A DNA stretch of 64,000 bases. Source: Rhodothermales bacterium (GTDB taxonomy: Bacteria > Bacteroidota > Rhodothermia > Rhodothermales > VXPQ01). The stretch spans positions 831,049-895,048 of the forward strand of contig OZ246975.1 in NCBI GenBank assembly GCA_965232485.1. The letters run 5' to 3'. Under the pieces are notes generated by a model. That model did no database searches. It saw nothing but the letters and a program-made list of their open reading frames with translations, and was not told the DNA's origin. Below are positions 20,193 to 28,861 of this stretch, in pieces; within the stretch, counting starts at the first letter, position 1, and every line of letters starts with the position of its first letter. The translations under genes were made by a program, and so were the position numbers.

Positions 20193-20268
20193 TGGAGCGG
20201 AAGACGGGATTCGAACCCGCGACCCTCAGCTTGGAAGGCTGATGCTCTACCATCTGAGCTACTTCCGC
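20193..20268 (-). tRNA. tRNA-Gly (anticodon TCC), CCA encoded
   Basis: Minus strand GCGGAAGTAGCTCAGATGGTAGAGCATCAGCCTTCCAAGCTGAGGGTCGCGGGTTCGAATCCCGTCTTCCGCTCCA. The anticodon loop is CT-TCC-AA. Confidence 0.92.
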
Positions 20269-20340
20269 TACGATCACGATACGTCGAGCGGCGTTGCGGC
20301 GGACTGTCTCCGCAACGCAACGTCGCCAAACGCAAAAGAG

Positions 20341-20422
20341 TGGGCAGGGGAGGATTCGAACCTCCGAACCCTGAGGGAGCAGATTTACAGTCTGCCGCCT
20401 TTGACCACTCGGCAACCTGCCC
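20341..20422 (-). tRNA. tRNA-Tyr (anticodon GTA), long variable arm
   Basis: Minus strand GGGCAGGTTGCCGAGTGGTCAAAGGCGGCAGACTGTAAATCTGCTCCCTCAGGGTTCGGAGGTTCGAATCCTCCCCTGCCCA. The anticodon loop is CT-GTA-AA. Confidence 0.92.
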
Positions 20423-20481
20423 GGCGTTGTCGGAGCATGCGCTCCGCAAAGGTTCTCTCAAAATCACGTATTCGCATAAAG

Positions 20482-20554
20482 AGCTGGCGAAGGGACTCGA
20501 ACCCCCAACCTGCTCATTACAAGTGAGCTGCTCTACCGGTTGAGCTACGCCAGC
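20482..20554 (-). tRNA. tRNA-Thr (anticodon TGT)
   Basis: Minus strand GCTGGCGTAGCTCAACCGGTAGAGCAGCTCACTTGTAATGAGCAGGTTGGGGGTTCGAGTCCCTTCGCCAGCT. The anticodon loop is CT-TGT-AA. Confidence 0.92.
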
Positions 20555-20586
20555 TTCGCCGTATTCGCGGGTAACCACAGCCTGTT

Positions 20587-20615
20587 AAAATACGCACTGC
20601 GTGGCACAACGTCAA
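20587..20615 (-). promoter_or_regulatory. sigma70-type promoter of the tRNA operon
   Basis: Minus strand TTGACG-17 nt-TATTTT. The -10 ends about 33 nt upstream of the first tRNA (Thr-TGT). Confidence 0.5.
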
Positions 20616-20654
20616 CCTGCATGCCGCAAAATATACAAGCAACATATCCCGCAG

Positions 20655-20776
20655 CGGGGGCAAAGTTTCCTTGTCGGGGCTTGCTTTTTGCATTTTCCGC
20701 CGATTTCAACGACGCAAGCGTCATTTTTACGCCCGAAAGCGACGCGCCGAGCAAAGTGGTTTTGATCAGCGTGTCC
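20655..20776 (+). repeat. intergenic inverted-repeat element, short copy D (degenerate left end, core, right terminal repeat)
   Basis: Core GCATTTTCCGCCGATTTCAACGACGCA matches the core of copies B and C. The right terminus is GTGGTTTTGATCAGCGTGTCC (20756-20776), versus GTGGACTTGATCAGAGCATCC in B. It overlaps the last codons and stop of dedA. Confidence 0.6.
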
Positions 20777-21383
20777 TTTTTCTTCGCATATATCGGCGCG
20801 CTCCGCCGGCAAGCAAGACCAACCCCAAGAGCAGCAGCACGGCTTGTCCGTAACGCTGAAGCCAGCGTCCGACTTCCTCCCAATGATCGCCAAGGGCATA
20901 CCCGGCCCATACGATCAGCAATATCCAGACGAAGGCGCTCAACGAAGACACCGCCGCCGTACGCAAACCGTCCAGACGAGCCATCCCGACGACAAGTCCG
21001 ACTACGCCGCGAAGCCCCGCCAGAAACCTGTTGGCGGCCACAAGGCCATACCCCCAACGCTCCAGGCGCCGCCGGGCGGCGTCCATCCGTTCCGGGGGAA
21101 TCCATCGGAACCAGCGCGACCGCAGCACGGCGTCGCCCACCGTATATCCGACGAGATACATGGTCATAAATCCCATCGCGCTGCCCAGCGTGGCCACGCC
21201 CACCACCAGCGCAAAATGCAACTTGCCCACGCCCGCAAGATATCCGCCGAACGCCACCGCCATATCTCCGGGAACCGGAGGAAGGACATTTTCCCCATAG
21301 GCCACGAGTAAAATACCGGCATAGGCCCATGCCGGAGACAACCCGTCCAGCCATATCGCCAGATCATGCAGCAGGTCGTCCAT
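20766..21383 (-). CDS. DedA-family (SNARE-associated) inner-membrane protein
   Basis: 205-aa ORF with multiple TM segments and the DedA motifs YGENVLPPVPGD and ANRFLAGLRGVVGLVVG. Confidence 0.85.
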   Translation of the reverse strand: MDDLLHDLAIWLDGLSPAWAYAGILLVAYGENVLPPVPGDMAVAFGGYLAGVGKLHFALVVGVATLGSAMGFMTMYLVGYTVGDAVLRSRWFRWIPPERMDAARRRLERWGYGLVAANRFLAGLRGVVGLVVGMARLDGLRTAAVSSLSAFVWILLIVWAGYALGDHWEEVGRWLQRYGQAVLLLLGLVLLAGGARRYMRRKRTR

Positions 21384-21861
21384 CCTGGTCCTTCGATATA
21401 ATGGTGCACACGGCGAAGGCAGCCGCGCCTTCTCCGCGCCCCACGGCGTCCATGGCCTCGTGGGTCGTGGCTTTCACGGATACTGCCCCCTCCTCCACGG
21501 AAAGGCACTCGGCGATGACGGCGCGCATGCGGGGCGCATAGGGCCGCAGGCGCGGACGCTCAAGCGCCACCGTCGCATCGACATTGCGCGCGCGGTATCC
21601 GGCTTCCGAAAGTTTGTCGGCCACGCAGCTCAGCAAATCGACGCCCGCAATGCCTGCCCAGCGCGCATCCGTATCGGGAAAATGGGCGCCTATGTCGCCC
21701 AGCGCCGCCGCGCCAAGCAATGCATCGGCGATAGCGTGCAGCAACACATCGGCGTCGGAATGCCCGGCAAGCCCCTTGTCGAAAGGAATCTCTATCCCGC
21801 CGATCATGAGGGGGCGACCCGCTGCAAGGCGGTGTACGTCGTATCCGAAACCGATTCTCAT
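21364..21861 (-). CDS. ispF: 2-C-methyl-D-erythritol 2,4-cyclodiphosphate synthase
   Basis: 165-aa ORF, MRIGFGYDVHRL...GLAGHSDADVLLHAIADALLGAAALGDIGAHFPDTD. Confidence 0.95.
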   Translation of the reverse strand: MRIGFGYDVHRLAAGRPLMIGGIEIPFDKGLAGHSDADVLLHAIADALLGAAALGDIGAHFPDTDARWAGIAGVDLLSCVADKLSEAGYRARNVDATVALERPRLRPYAPRMRAVIAECLSVEEGAVSVKATTHEAMDAVGRGEGAAAFAVCTIISKDQDGRPAA

Positions 21862-22592
21862 GCGTCTACGGAAGCCATGCGTTCGGAGGCAGACTGAATG
21901 ACGCTCACCAGATTGTAATCCGTGGCCGTGGTCACCTTAATGTTCAGGGCGCTTCCCTCCACCAGCGCCGCCGGACGACCGATATGCTGTACGAGCATCA
22001 CATCGTCCGGGGCTTCGACGCCCTCGCTGCGCGCCGCGCGGTGCGCCTCTTCCAGCCAGGCGCGGCGAAAGGCTTGCGGCGTCTGCATGCGATAGAGGTG
22101 CGTCCGGTCCACGGTTTCGCCAAACTTGCCCCCGGAAACGAAACGCAACGTATCCGAAACGGGCAACGCGAGGGACGCCGCTCCCTTCCCGATGGCGGTA
22201 AAAACCAACGTATCGATGCAATGTGCAGGGACAAAGGGACGCACCGCATCGTGCACAAGCACAATGTCCCTGTCGGGCGATACGGTTTCGGGCGAAGGAG
22301 CTGCCGCAAGCGCCGCCGCTACGGAAGCCTGTCGGCTGTCGCCGCCCGGCGTCACCGTATGGATTTTCCGGAACCCGCGGGAATCCAGATCCAGCGTCAA
22401 CCACTTTATGTCGTCCTCCGGGGCAGCCACCACAATATGATTGACCCGGGGATGCTTCTCGAATACGCGGAGCGTTTGCACGAGGAGCGGCGCACCGCCC
22501 AAGTCGCGGTATTGCTTGCGCTGCCCCCCCATGCGCATGCCGCTGCCCGCAGCCGGGATAAGTACGGTAACGATGGGCAGGGCGGTCTTCAC
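21858..22592 (-). CDS. ispD: 2-C-methyl-D-erythritol 4-phosphate cytidylyltransferase
   Basis: Track ORF 21858..22676. The conserved region starts at VLIPAAGSGMRMGGQRKQY. I prefer the GTG at 22592 (VKTALPIV...), which avoids overlap with queA. There is a 4-nt overlap with ispF. Confidence 0.88.
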   Translation of the reverse strand: MKTALPIVTVLIPAAGSGMRMGGQRKQYRDLGGAPLLVQTLRVFEKHPRVNHIVVAAPEDDIKWLTLDLDSRGFRKIHTVTPGGDSRQASVAAALAAAPSPETVSPDRDIVLVHDAVRPFVPAHCIDTLVFTAIGKGAASLALPVSDTLRFVSGGKFGETVDRTHLYRMQTPQAFRRAWLEEAHRAARSEGVEAPDDVMLVQHIGRPAALVEGSALNIKVTTATDYNLVSVIQSASERMASVDA

Positions 22593-22650
22593 GGCGTTTC
22601 CAGGTCCACGAACAGGGAGAAGCGTCGGCGCAGCGCCAAAACCGGCGCGC

Positions 22651-23700
22651 CTACAATATAAGCATCGCGTCCCCAAAGGAGAACAAGCGATATTCCTCCT
22701 TCACGGCAAGGCTGTAAGATTCCATAACGAAGTCGTGTCCGGCGAACGCCGCCGCAAGCATCAGCAGCGTGCTTCTGGGCTGATGAAAGTTCGTAAGCAG
22801 CCGCTCGGTGATTCTGAATTTATACGGGGGGCAAATGAATTTGTCGGTCCACGCCATACCGGTGGGCTTGGACAAGTACGACGCAGAAAGGCTCGATTCG
22901 ATAGCCCGCACCACCGTCGTGCCCGCCGCCGTGACCGTATGGTCCGGGGACAGCAACGCCTCGTTCACGGCGCTTGCGGTTTCCTCGGAAATAATAAAGC
23001 GCTCCGAATCCATGCGATGCTTGGTCATATCCTCCACGGCGACTGGACGAAACGTGCCCAGGCCGACGTGCAGCGTAACGGGCATGATCCGAACGCCTTT
23101 GGCGCGAAGCGTTTCGATGAGTTCGGGCGTAAAATGCAGGCCGGCGGAAGGAACCGCGACGGCGCCCCGCCTTTCTGCAAAAATGGTCTGGTAACGCTCC
23201 CGATCCTCCTCCTCTGCTGGGCGTTTTACGTAGGGCGGCAGCGGCGTTTTTCCAATCTCGTCTATTTTCGCATGGAGCTCCGCGCTCGTGCCTTCAAACA
23301 CGAAGCGAATGGTTCGTCCCCGCGAAGTTGTGTTGTCGATCACTTCGGCGGCCAGGCCCCCGTGAAAGTACAACTTGTTGCCGATGCGAATCTTCCGCGC
23401 AGGATCCACGATCACGTCCCACAATTTGCTTTCGGCGTTCAATTCCCGAAGCAGGAACACCTGGATTTTCGCCCCTGTCTTTTCCTTGTTTCCGAACAAG
23501 CGAGCGGGAAAAACCTTGGTGTCGTTTACGACAATGACGTCCCCTTCCCGGAAGTATTCCGGAAGGTCTCGAATATGCCGGTGGCGGATCGTCCTGTTGG
23601 CCCGATCCAGCACCATGAGCCGAGCCGAATCGCGCGGTTCAGCGGGATACTTTGCAATGAGGTCCGGAGGAAAATCGTACTTGAAATTCGATACTTTCAT
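22651..23700 (-). CDS. queA: S-adenosylmethionine:tRNA ribosyltransferase-isomerase
   Basis: Track ORF 22651..23748, with the start taken at MKVSNFKYDFPPDLIAKYPAEPRDSARLMVL (ATG at 23700). Motifs: VNDTKVFPARL and LLTNFHQPRSTLLML. Confidence 0.93.
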   Translation of the reverse strand: MKVSNFKYDFPPDLIAKYPAEPRDSARLMVLDRANRTIRHRHIRDLPEYFREGDVIVVNDTKVFPARLFGNKEKTGAKIQVFLLRELNAESKLWDVIVDPARKIRIGNKLYFHGGLAAEVIDNTTSRGRTIRFVFEGTSAELHAKIDEIGKTPLPPYVKRPAEEEDRERYQTIFAERRGAVAVPSAGLHFTPELIETLRAKGVRIMPVTLHVGLGTFRPVAVEDMTKHRMDSERFIISEETASAVNEALLSPDHTVTAAGTTVVRAIESSLSASYLSKPTGMAWTDKFICPPYKFRITERLLTNFHQPRSTLLMLAAAFAGHDFVMESYSLAVKEEYRLFSFGDAMLIL

Positions 23701-23873
23701 ACCGGATGTGCATGAAGAAAGGAAAAGGACCGCGCTGCAAACCCTCAAACGGGCGGGGTGTTTCCTGCATAGCGCAGAAGCTATGCAGCCAAAAATTTCT
23801 TTCCCGGCAAAAATGTTTTTGATATTTTTGGATCGTATCCGTTCCGGCGCCGCTTTGCCGCATCGTTATCGCC

Positions 23874-24413
23874 TTGCCTGTGCGTTTCCCTGCCTTGCCT
23901 TCGACCGCGTCGCCCCACGCATGCGCATTCGCTCGCCCTTCCTGGCCCTGGGCGACGGCATGCATCGCGGCCGTCTTGCTTGCCGCCTGCGACCAGGGCT
24001 TTGCCCCGCCCGACGCGCCGCCAACCGGCGCGATCGTGGTCGATATTACCTATGAAAACTACCCGGAAACCTGGCCCGCCGCCGAAAATATTTACGAATT
24101 GCTGTTTGTCGCCCTGCGCTTTGTCCCGAAGGACACCACCGATTTTCTGCAACTCAACCGGCTTGTTTTCAGCGACCGTTTGCAGTTTCATGTGGAGCGG
24201 CAGACCGTAACGCTCGACAGCGTGGCGGCAGGCGTATACCCTTACTCCGGCGTTGCCCACAAGTACGGCCCCGAACTGTTCGACTGGCGCCCTGTTGGCC
24301 TCGTGGAAGAAAACGGAGGCATTATCGTTGTATCCTCCGGGGAAATCACCCGCGTCTCCATGTCGGCCGATTTTCTTGATCCGCCCCCATTCCCTCCTCC
24401 CGACAGCCCATGA
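23874..24413 (+). CDS. hypothetical lipoprotein, translationally coupled to the downstream TonB-dependent receptor
   Basis: 179-aa ORF with a non-ATG (TTG) start. The lipobox is AAVLLAAC|DQG. I recognise no family. Its stop overlaps the receptor ATG (ATGA). The exact start is uncertain (alternatives GTG 23880, TTG 23895). Confidence 0.55.
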   Translation: MPVRFPALPSTASPHACAFARPSWPWATACIAAVLLAACDQGFAPPDAPPTGAIVVDITYENYPETWPAAENIYELLFVALRFVPKDTTDFLQLNRLVFSDRLQFHVERQTVTLDSVAAGVYPYSGVAHKYGPELFDWRPVGLVEENGGIIVVSSGEITRVSMSADFLDPPPFPPPDSP

Positions 24414-26659
24414 CGATCCGGAAAACATGGCGGCGGCTGGCGATCGGCTTGTGCGCATTGTGGAGCCTGGGCGGAATGCAGGCCGCCGAAGCCCAGCAGG
24501 GCGTCGTTGCAGGCCGCGTAATCGACGCGACAGGCGAGCCGCTGCCCGGGGTCAATGTCGTGCTCCTCGGAACGACGTACGGCGCAGCGTCGGCGGCGGA
24601 CGGAACCTGGCGCATCGGGGCGGCGCCCGCCGGGTCCTACCGAATACAAGCCTCTATCGTGGGGTTCGCCACCGCAGTGCAGCCCGTCAATATAGCGGCA
24701 GGCCAAACGACGCAAATCGATTTCGTCCTGGAATCCATTGCCGTAGAGTCCCGTGAAATCATCGTCACGACCACGCGCCGCACCAAAGTCGCAAGCGAAA
24801 CCGCCGCGAGCGTAAGCGTGCTTACCGCCGAGGACCTCGTGACGCGCAACGTGCTTGCCCTGGACGACGCCTTGCAATACGTCCCCGGCGTACAACTGAC
24901 CGGAAACGAGGTGAACATCCGGGGTTCCTCCGGATTCTCCTACAACACGGGGAGCCGGGTGCTGCTGCTTGTAGACGGCATGCCCATGCTGAGCCCCGAT
25001 GCGGAACGCATTCCATTCGACCTGATCCCGGTGCATCAAATAGAGCGGATCGAAGTGCTCAAGGGACCGGGCTCCGCGCTGTACGGCGGCGGGGCGCTGG
25101 GCGGCATTATTCATATCGTCACGAAAACCTACCCTGCCCGACCCGAAACGCATCTGGAAGCATACGGAGGAGCATACCAGCCGGCGCGCCACGATATATG
25201 GCGACGGGAATGGAAAGCATCCGCGAATCCGAGGCCCCTCGGCGGCGTCGCCGTCAACCATGCGCGCCCCCTGAGCGCGAGTACGGGCCTGTGGACGAAT
25301 GTAACCTACCGGTACGACGCTGGCTACCTGAACATGGACAATGCCCGAAGTTTCCAGGGGTTTTCAAAGTTCACCTGGCATGTGTCGCCCGATTCCCGCA
25401 TCGATATTCTTGCGGGCGCCGTCCGGGAAACAAGCGATACCTTCATCTACTGGAACGGCGCGCGCGATGCGCTGAATCCGGGCAGCATCGAGATTGGCGG
25501 CTCCAGCAGTTCCTCGGGCGCAACCGACAATCGGATACAACATTTCAGCTTGACGCCCGCCTATGCGAACGCGCTGTCCGCCCGTGCCCTGTTGCAGGTG
25601 AAAACACGCCTGCTGGGCGTCCTGATTCAGCCGCTCGACGACGAGAAAAAACCGAAGCCGCTATCGAGCGGAACGGTCGGATTCCGGTACGGCGGCGAGG
25701 CCCAGATCGACTACGAACCGGCGCCCGGGCGATACATTATTGCGGGCGTATCCGGCGACGCGAACGTTGCGAATTCGAGCTTTACCGGCGACGACGCGCC
25801 CAGCGGCCAGCCCGAAATAGCCGGATTCGCCCAGTGGGAAGAAGAAGTCGGACGCGTCCGCCTCACGGGCGGCCTGCGTTTCGATAGCTACCGCATCCAT
25901 CAGGGAGCCGCCTTGCGCAAGCTGAGCCCTCGCGCCAGCGCCACAATCGGGTTCGGGGAGGCATGGACCTTGCGGCTTGCGTACGGCGAAGGGTTTCGGG
26001 CGCCCAGCGTACTGGAGCGATTCGTCGAAAGCAGCAGCTACCTGCCCATCGTGTCGAACCCGGACCTGAGGCCGGAAACCAGTCGAAGTTACGAACTGGG
26101 CGTACGGGGACAGCCGGCGCCCGGCGGCGTTTCGCGCTTCACAATCGACGCAGCCCTGTTTCTGAGTCAGTATCGGGAACTCATTGAACCCAAATTCGCC
26201 CCGGAAGCGCGCTCTTTTCGGTTCGCCAATTTCACCAGGGCCCGCATCCGCGGCGGCGAACTGGAATTGCGCGCCTATGCGACCCCCCTTCGCGCCTCGC
26301 TGCACGCGGGATATACCTGGCTTGATGCGGAAGACCTCGAAATCAACGAGCCGCTGGCCTTTCGCTCGACCCATCTTCTGAAGGCGGGCGCCGCCTGGAC
26401 GATCGGGCCCATCGAATGCGGCGCGGATTTTCGGTGGGCGTCGGCCCCGCAACGGGTCGATTCGGACTTTGCCCTGTTCGTCCCCGACGCCGAATTGAGT
26501 ACGCCCCTGCAGGTCCTTGACGTACGCATCGGGTCTTCGTGGCGCGGCGTCGCCGCTACGCTGCATATACGGAATGCGCTGAATTACCACTACCTCTCTC
26601 GCCCCGCGCTACTCGGCCCGCCGCGGCACGCCTTCCTGCAAATCTCGACCCGATTTTAA
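24410..26659 (+). CDS. TonB-dependent receptor with N-terminal carboxypeptidase-regulatory-like domain
   Basis: 749-aa ORF. It has a signal peptide, then VAGRVIDATGEPLPGVNVVLLGTTYGAASAADGTWRI (CarboxypepD_reg). A plug follows (IESREIIVTTT...DALQYVPGVQL, IERIEVLKGPGSALYG), then a beta-barrel ending ...HAFLQISTRF. Confidence 0.9.
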   Translation: MTIRKTWRRLAIGLCALWSLGGMQAAEAQQGVVAGRVIDATGEPLPGVNVVLLGTTYGAASAADGTWRIGAAPAGSYRIQASIVGFATAVQPVNIAAGQTTQIDFVLESIAVESREIIVTTTRRTKVASETAASVSVLTAEDLVTRNVLALDDALQYVPGVQLTGNEVNIRGSSGFSYNTGSRVLLLVDGMPMLSPDAERIPFDLIPVHQIERIEVLKGPGSALYGGGALGGIIHIVTKTYPARPETHLEAYGGAYQPARHDIWRREWKASANPRPLGGVAVNHARPLSASTGLWTNVTYRYDAGYLNMDNARSFQGFSKFTWHVSPDSRIDILAGAVRETSDTFIYWNGARDALNPGSIEIGGSSSSSGATDNRIQHFSLTPAYANALSARALLQVKTRLLGVLIQPLDDEKKPKPLSSGTVGFRYGGEAQIDYEPAPGRYIIAGVSGDANVANSSFTGDDAPSGQPEIAGFAQWEEEVGRVRLTGGLRFDSYRIHQGAALRKLSPRASATIGFGEAWTLRLAYGEGFRAPSVLERFVESSSYLPIVSNPDLRPETSRSYELGVRGQPAPGGVSRFTIDAALFLSQYRELIEPKFAPEARSFRFANFTRARIRGGELELRAYATPLRASLHAGYTWLDAEDLEINEPLAFRSTHLLKAGAAWTIGPIECGADFRWASAPQRVDSDFALFVPDAELSTPLQVLDVRIGSSWRGVAATLHIRNALNYHYLSRPALLGPPRHAFLQISTRF

Positions 26660-26810
26660 GGATACGCTGATCAAAACTGCTTCGCTTGCATGCGTAAAGC
26701 ACGACATGGCGGCGGCGTTGAAATCAGCGCAAAACACGGCGGATTCCGTGCGCCGCGGTCGCGAAGCGCCTTTCGGGAGACTGCGAGGAACGCGCTGGCT
26801 GCGTCATTCC
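26660..26810 (-). repeat. intergenic inverted-repeat element, copy A (inverted relative to B/C; one terminal repeat, core, covarying stem)
   Basis: It starts right after the receptor stop (TAA|GGATACGCTGATCAAAACTGC). It contains GTTGAAATCAGCGCAAAACACG, the reverse complement of the B/C core. It also has GAAGCGCCTTTCGGGAG and CGCGCTGGCTGCGTCATTCC (19/20 identical to B). Its last 7 nt overlap the tkt stop codon. Confidence 0.7.
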
Positions 26811-28861
26811 GCCAGCAAAGCCTGCGCCTGCGCCAGCACATTATCGGCGGTAAAGCCAAATTTCTGCATGGCTACGGCGCCCGGGGCGGACGCCCCGAAC
26901 CCCGTCATGCCGATCACGGCGCCATCAAGACCCACGTACCGCTCCCATCCTGTCGCTGCGCCTGCTTCCACGGCAAGGCGCTTCCGCGCGTCCCGGGGCA
27001 GAACTGCTTCCCGGTACGCTGCAGGCTGCTGCTCGAAGAGCTCCCACGACGGCATGCTGACCGCCTGCGCCGCAACGCCCGCCTCGCGAAGCTGGTCGGC
27101 GGCCGCCGCCACATGTTGCACCTCGCTCCCCGTGCCGATCAACACGATGTCCGGCGTGCCCGGGCAAGCGCGCACGACATAAGCGCCGCGGCGAAGTCCT
27201 TCCCCCGTTCCTTCGAGCGTCGGCAGGCCTTGCCGCGTAAGAATCAAGGCGATGGGACCGTCCCGCCACTCGATGGCCAACTTCCAGGCCTCGACCGTTT
27301 CGGCGGCGTCGGCAGGGCGAATCACCGTAAGGTCCGGTATGGCCCGCAGAGACATGATATGCTCTATGGGCTGATGGGTCGGGCCGTCTTCGCCAAGGCC
27401 GATGGAGTCGTGCGTAAATATATAGAGGACGGGCGTCTTCATCAGCGCGCTGAGTCGCACGGCGGGGCGCATATAGTCGCTGAAAACCAGAAACGTGGCG
27501 CAATAAGGCCGCACTGCGCCATGCAACGCCATCCCGTTGCAGGCCGACGCCATGGCGTGCTCGCGAACCCCGAAACGCAAGTATCCGCCCGCCGGCGATG
27601 TTTTCTGAAAATCCTCGCGGCCTTGCACCGCGGTATTGTTCGAAGGCGTCAGGTCCGCAGAACCGCCCACAAGAAACGGCGCGGAAGGGGCCAGTGCGTT
27701 CAGGGCTTTGCCGCTGGCCGCGCGCGTGGCCTGCACGACCCCCGCCCTGGGAATCTCCATGCGCGCTGCCCAGCCTTCCGCAAGAGACCCGCTTCGCCAC
27801 GCATCGAATGCCGCGGCCTGCTCTGGATAGCGCTCCCGGTAGGCCGCAAGTCGCGCCTCCCATGCGGCGTACGCGGCGCGCCCCGCAGGCAAAAACGCAT
27901 CGCGCAGGTGTGCGTAAACCTCGTCCGGCACGAAAAAGGTCTTGTCTTCGGGCCACCCAAGGTTTCGTTTGGCCAACGCGACTTCCTCTTCTCCCAGCGG
28001 AGAACCGTGGGACGAAGCAGACCCCGCCTTATTGGGACTGCCGTATCCGATCACGGTGCGCACGGCGATTAAAGACGGGCGCCCGGATTCGGCGCGAGCG
28101 CCATGCAACGCCCCGTCAATGGCTTCCAGGTCGTTCCCGTCGGCAACCTGGTCTACATGCCAACCGTAAGCGTCAAAGCGTTGCAGCACGTTTTCCGTAA
28201 AAGCCAGGTCTGTTCCGCCATCGATGGAAATGCCGTTGTCGTCGTACAGAAAGATGAGTTTACCCAACCCGAGATGCCCGGCCAGCGACGCCGCCTCGTG
28301 CGAAACGCCTTCCATAAGGTCTCCATCCGAGCAAACGCCATACGTGAAATGGTCCACGACGTCGAAGCCGGGCTGATTGAAACGCGCCGCAAGATGCTTC
28401 TCGGCAATGGCCATGCCCACCGCATTCGCAAACCCCTGTCCCAGCGGCCCGGTCGTTGTTTCGACGCCCGCTGCAAGGAAATTTTCCGGGTGTCCTGGCG
28501 TAATGCTGCCCCACTGCCGAAAATTTTTAATCTCCTCCATCGGCATGGAATAACCGGCAAGGTGCAGCAAGCCATACAGCAACATGGAGCCATGCCCGGC
28601 GGAAAGCACGAACCGGTCCCGATCGAACCAGTCCGGATGGGCGGGACTATGCTTCATGTGGCGCTTCCAGAGCACATAAGCCATGGAAGCCGCTCCCATG
28701 GGCATGCCGGGATGTCCGCTGCGAGCCGCCTGGACCGCATCGACGGCGAGAAAACGCAAGGCGTTGACAGAAAGGCGGGCGCTATCCTGTTCCGTAGAAC
28801 CGGACGACGAAAACGAGGCGCTCACGAGCTGGCCGCCTCCTCGATCAGTTGTTGCAAACAT
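26804..28861 (-). CDS. tkt: transketolase
   Basis: 685-aa [29 protein letters not shown]...[11 protein letters not shown]...[18 protein letters not shown]. The start may instead be the GTG at 28825, which forms a GTGA overlap with the upstream stop. Confidence 0.95.
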   Translation of the reverse strand: MFATTDRGGGQLVSASFSSSGSTEQDSARLSVNALRFLAVDAVQAARSGHPGMPMGAASMAYVLWKRHMKHSPAHPDWFDRDRFVLSAGHGSMLLYGLLHLAGYSMPMEEIKNFRQWGSITPGHPENFLAAGVETTTGPLGQGFANAVGMAIAEKHLAARFNQPGFDVVDHFTYGVCSDGDLMEGVSHEAASLAGHLGLGKLIFLYDDNGISIDGGTDLAFTENVLQRFDAYGWHVDQVADGNDLEAIDGALHGARAESGRPSLIAVRTVIGYGSPNKAGSASSHGSPLGEEEVALAKRNLGWPEDKTFFVPDEVYAHLRDAFLPAGRAAYAAWEARLAAYRERYPEQAAAFDAWRSGSLAEGWAARMEIPRAGVVQATRAASGKALNALAPSAPFLVGGSADLTPSNNTAVQGREDFQKTSPAGGYLRFGVREHAMASACNGMALHGAVRPYCATFLVFSDYMRPAVRLSALMKTPVLYIFTHDSIGLGEDGPTHQPIEHIMSLRAIPDLTVIRPADAAETVEAWKLAIEWRDGPIALILTRQGLPTLEGTGEGLRRGAYVVRACPGTPDIVLIGTGSEVQHVAAAADQLREAGVAAQAVSMPSWELFEQQPAAYREAVLPRDARKRLAVEAGAATGWERYVGLDGAVIGMTGFGASAPGAVAMQKFGFTADNVLAQAQALLAE

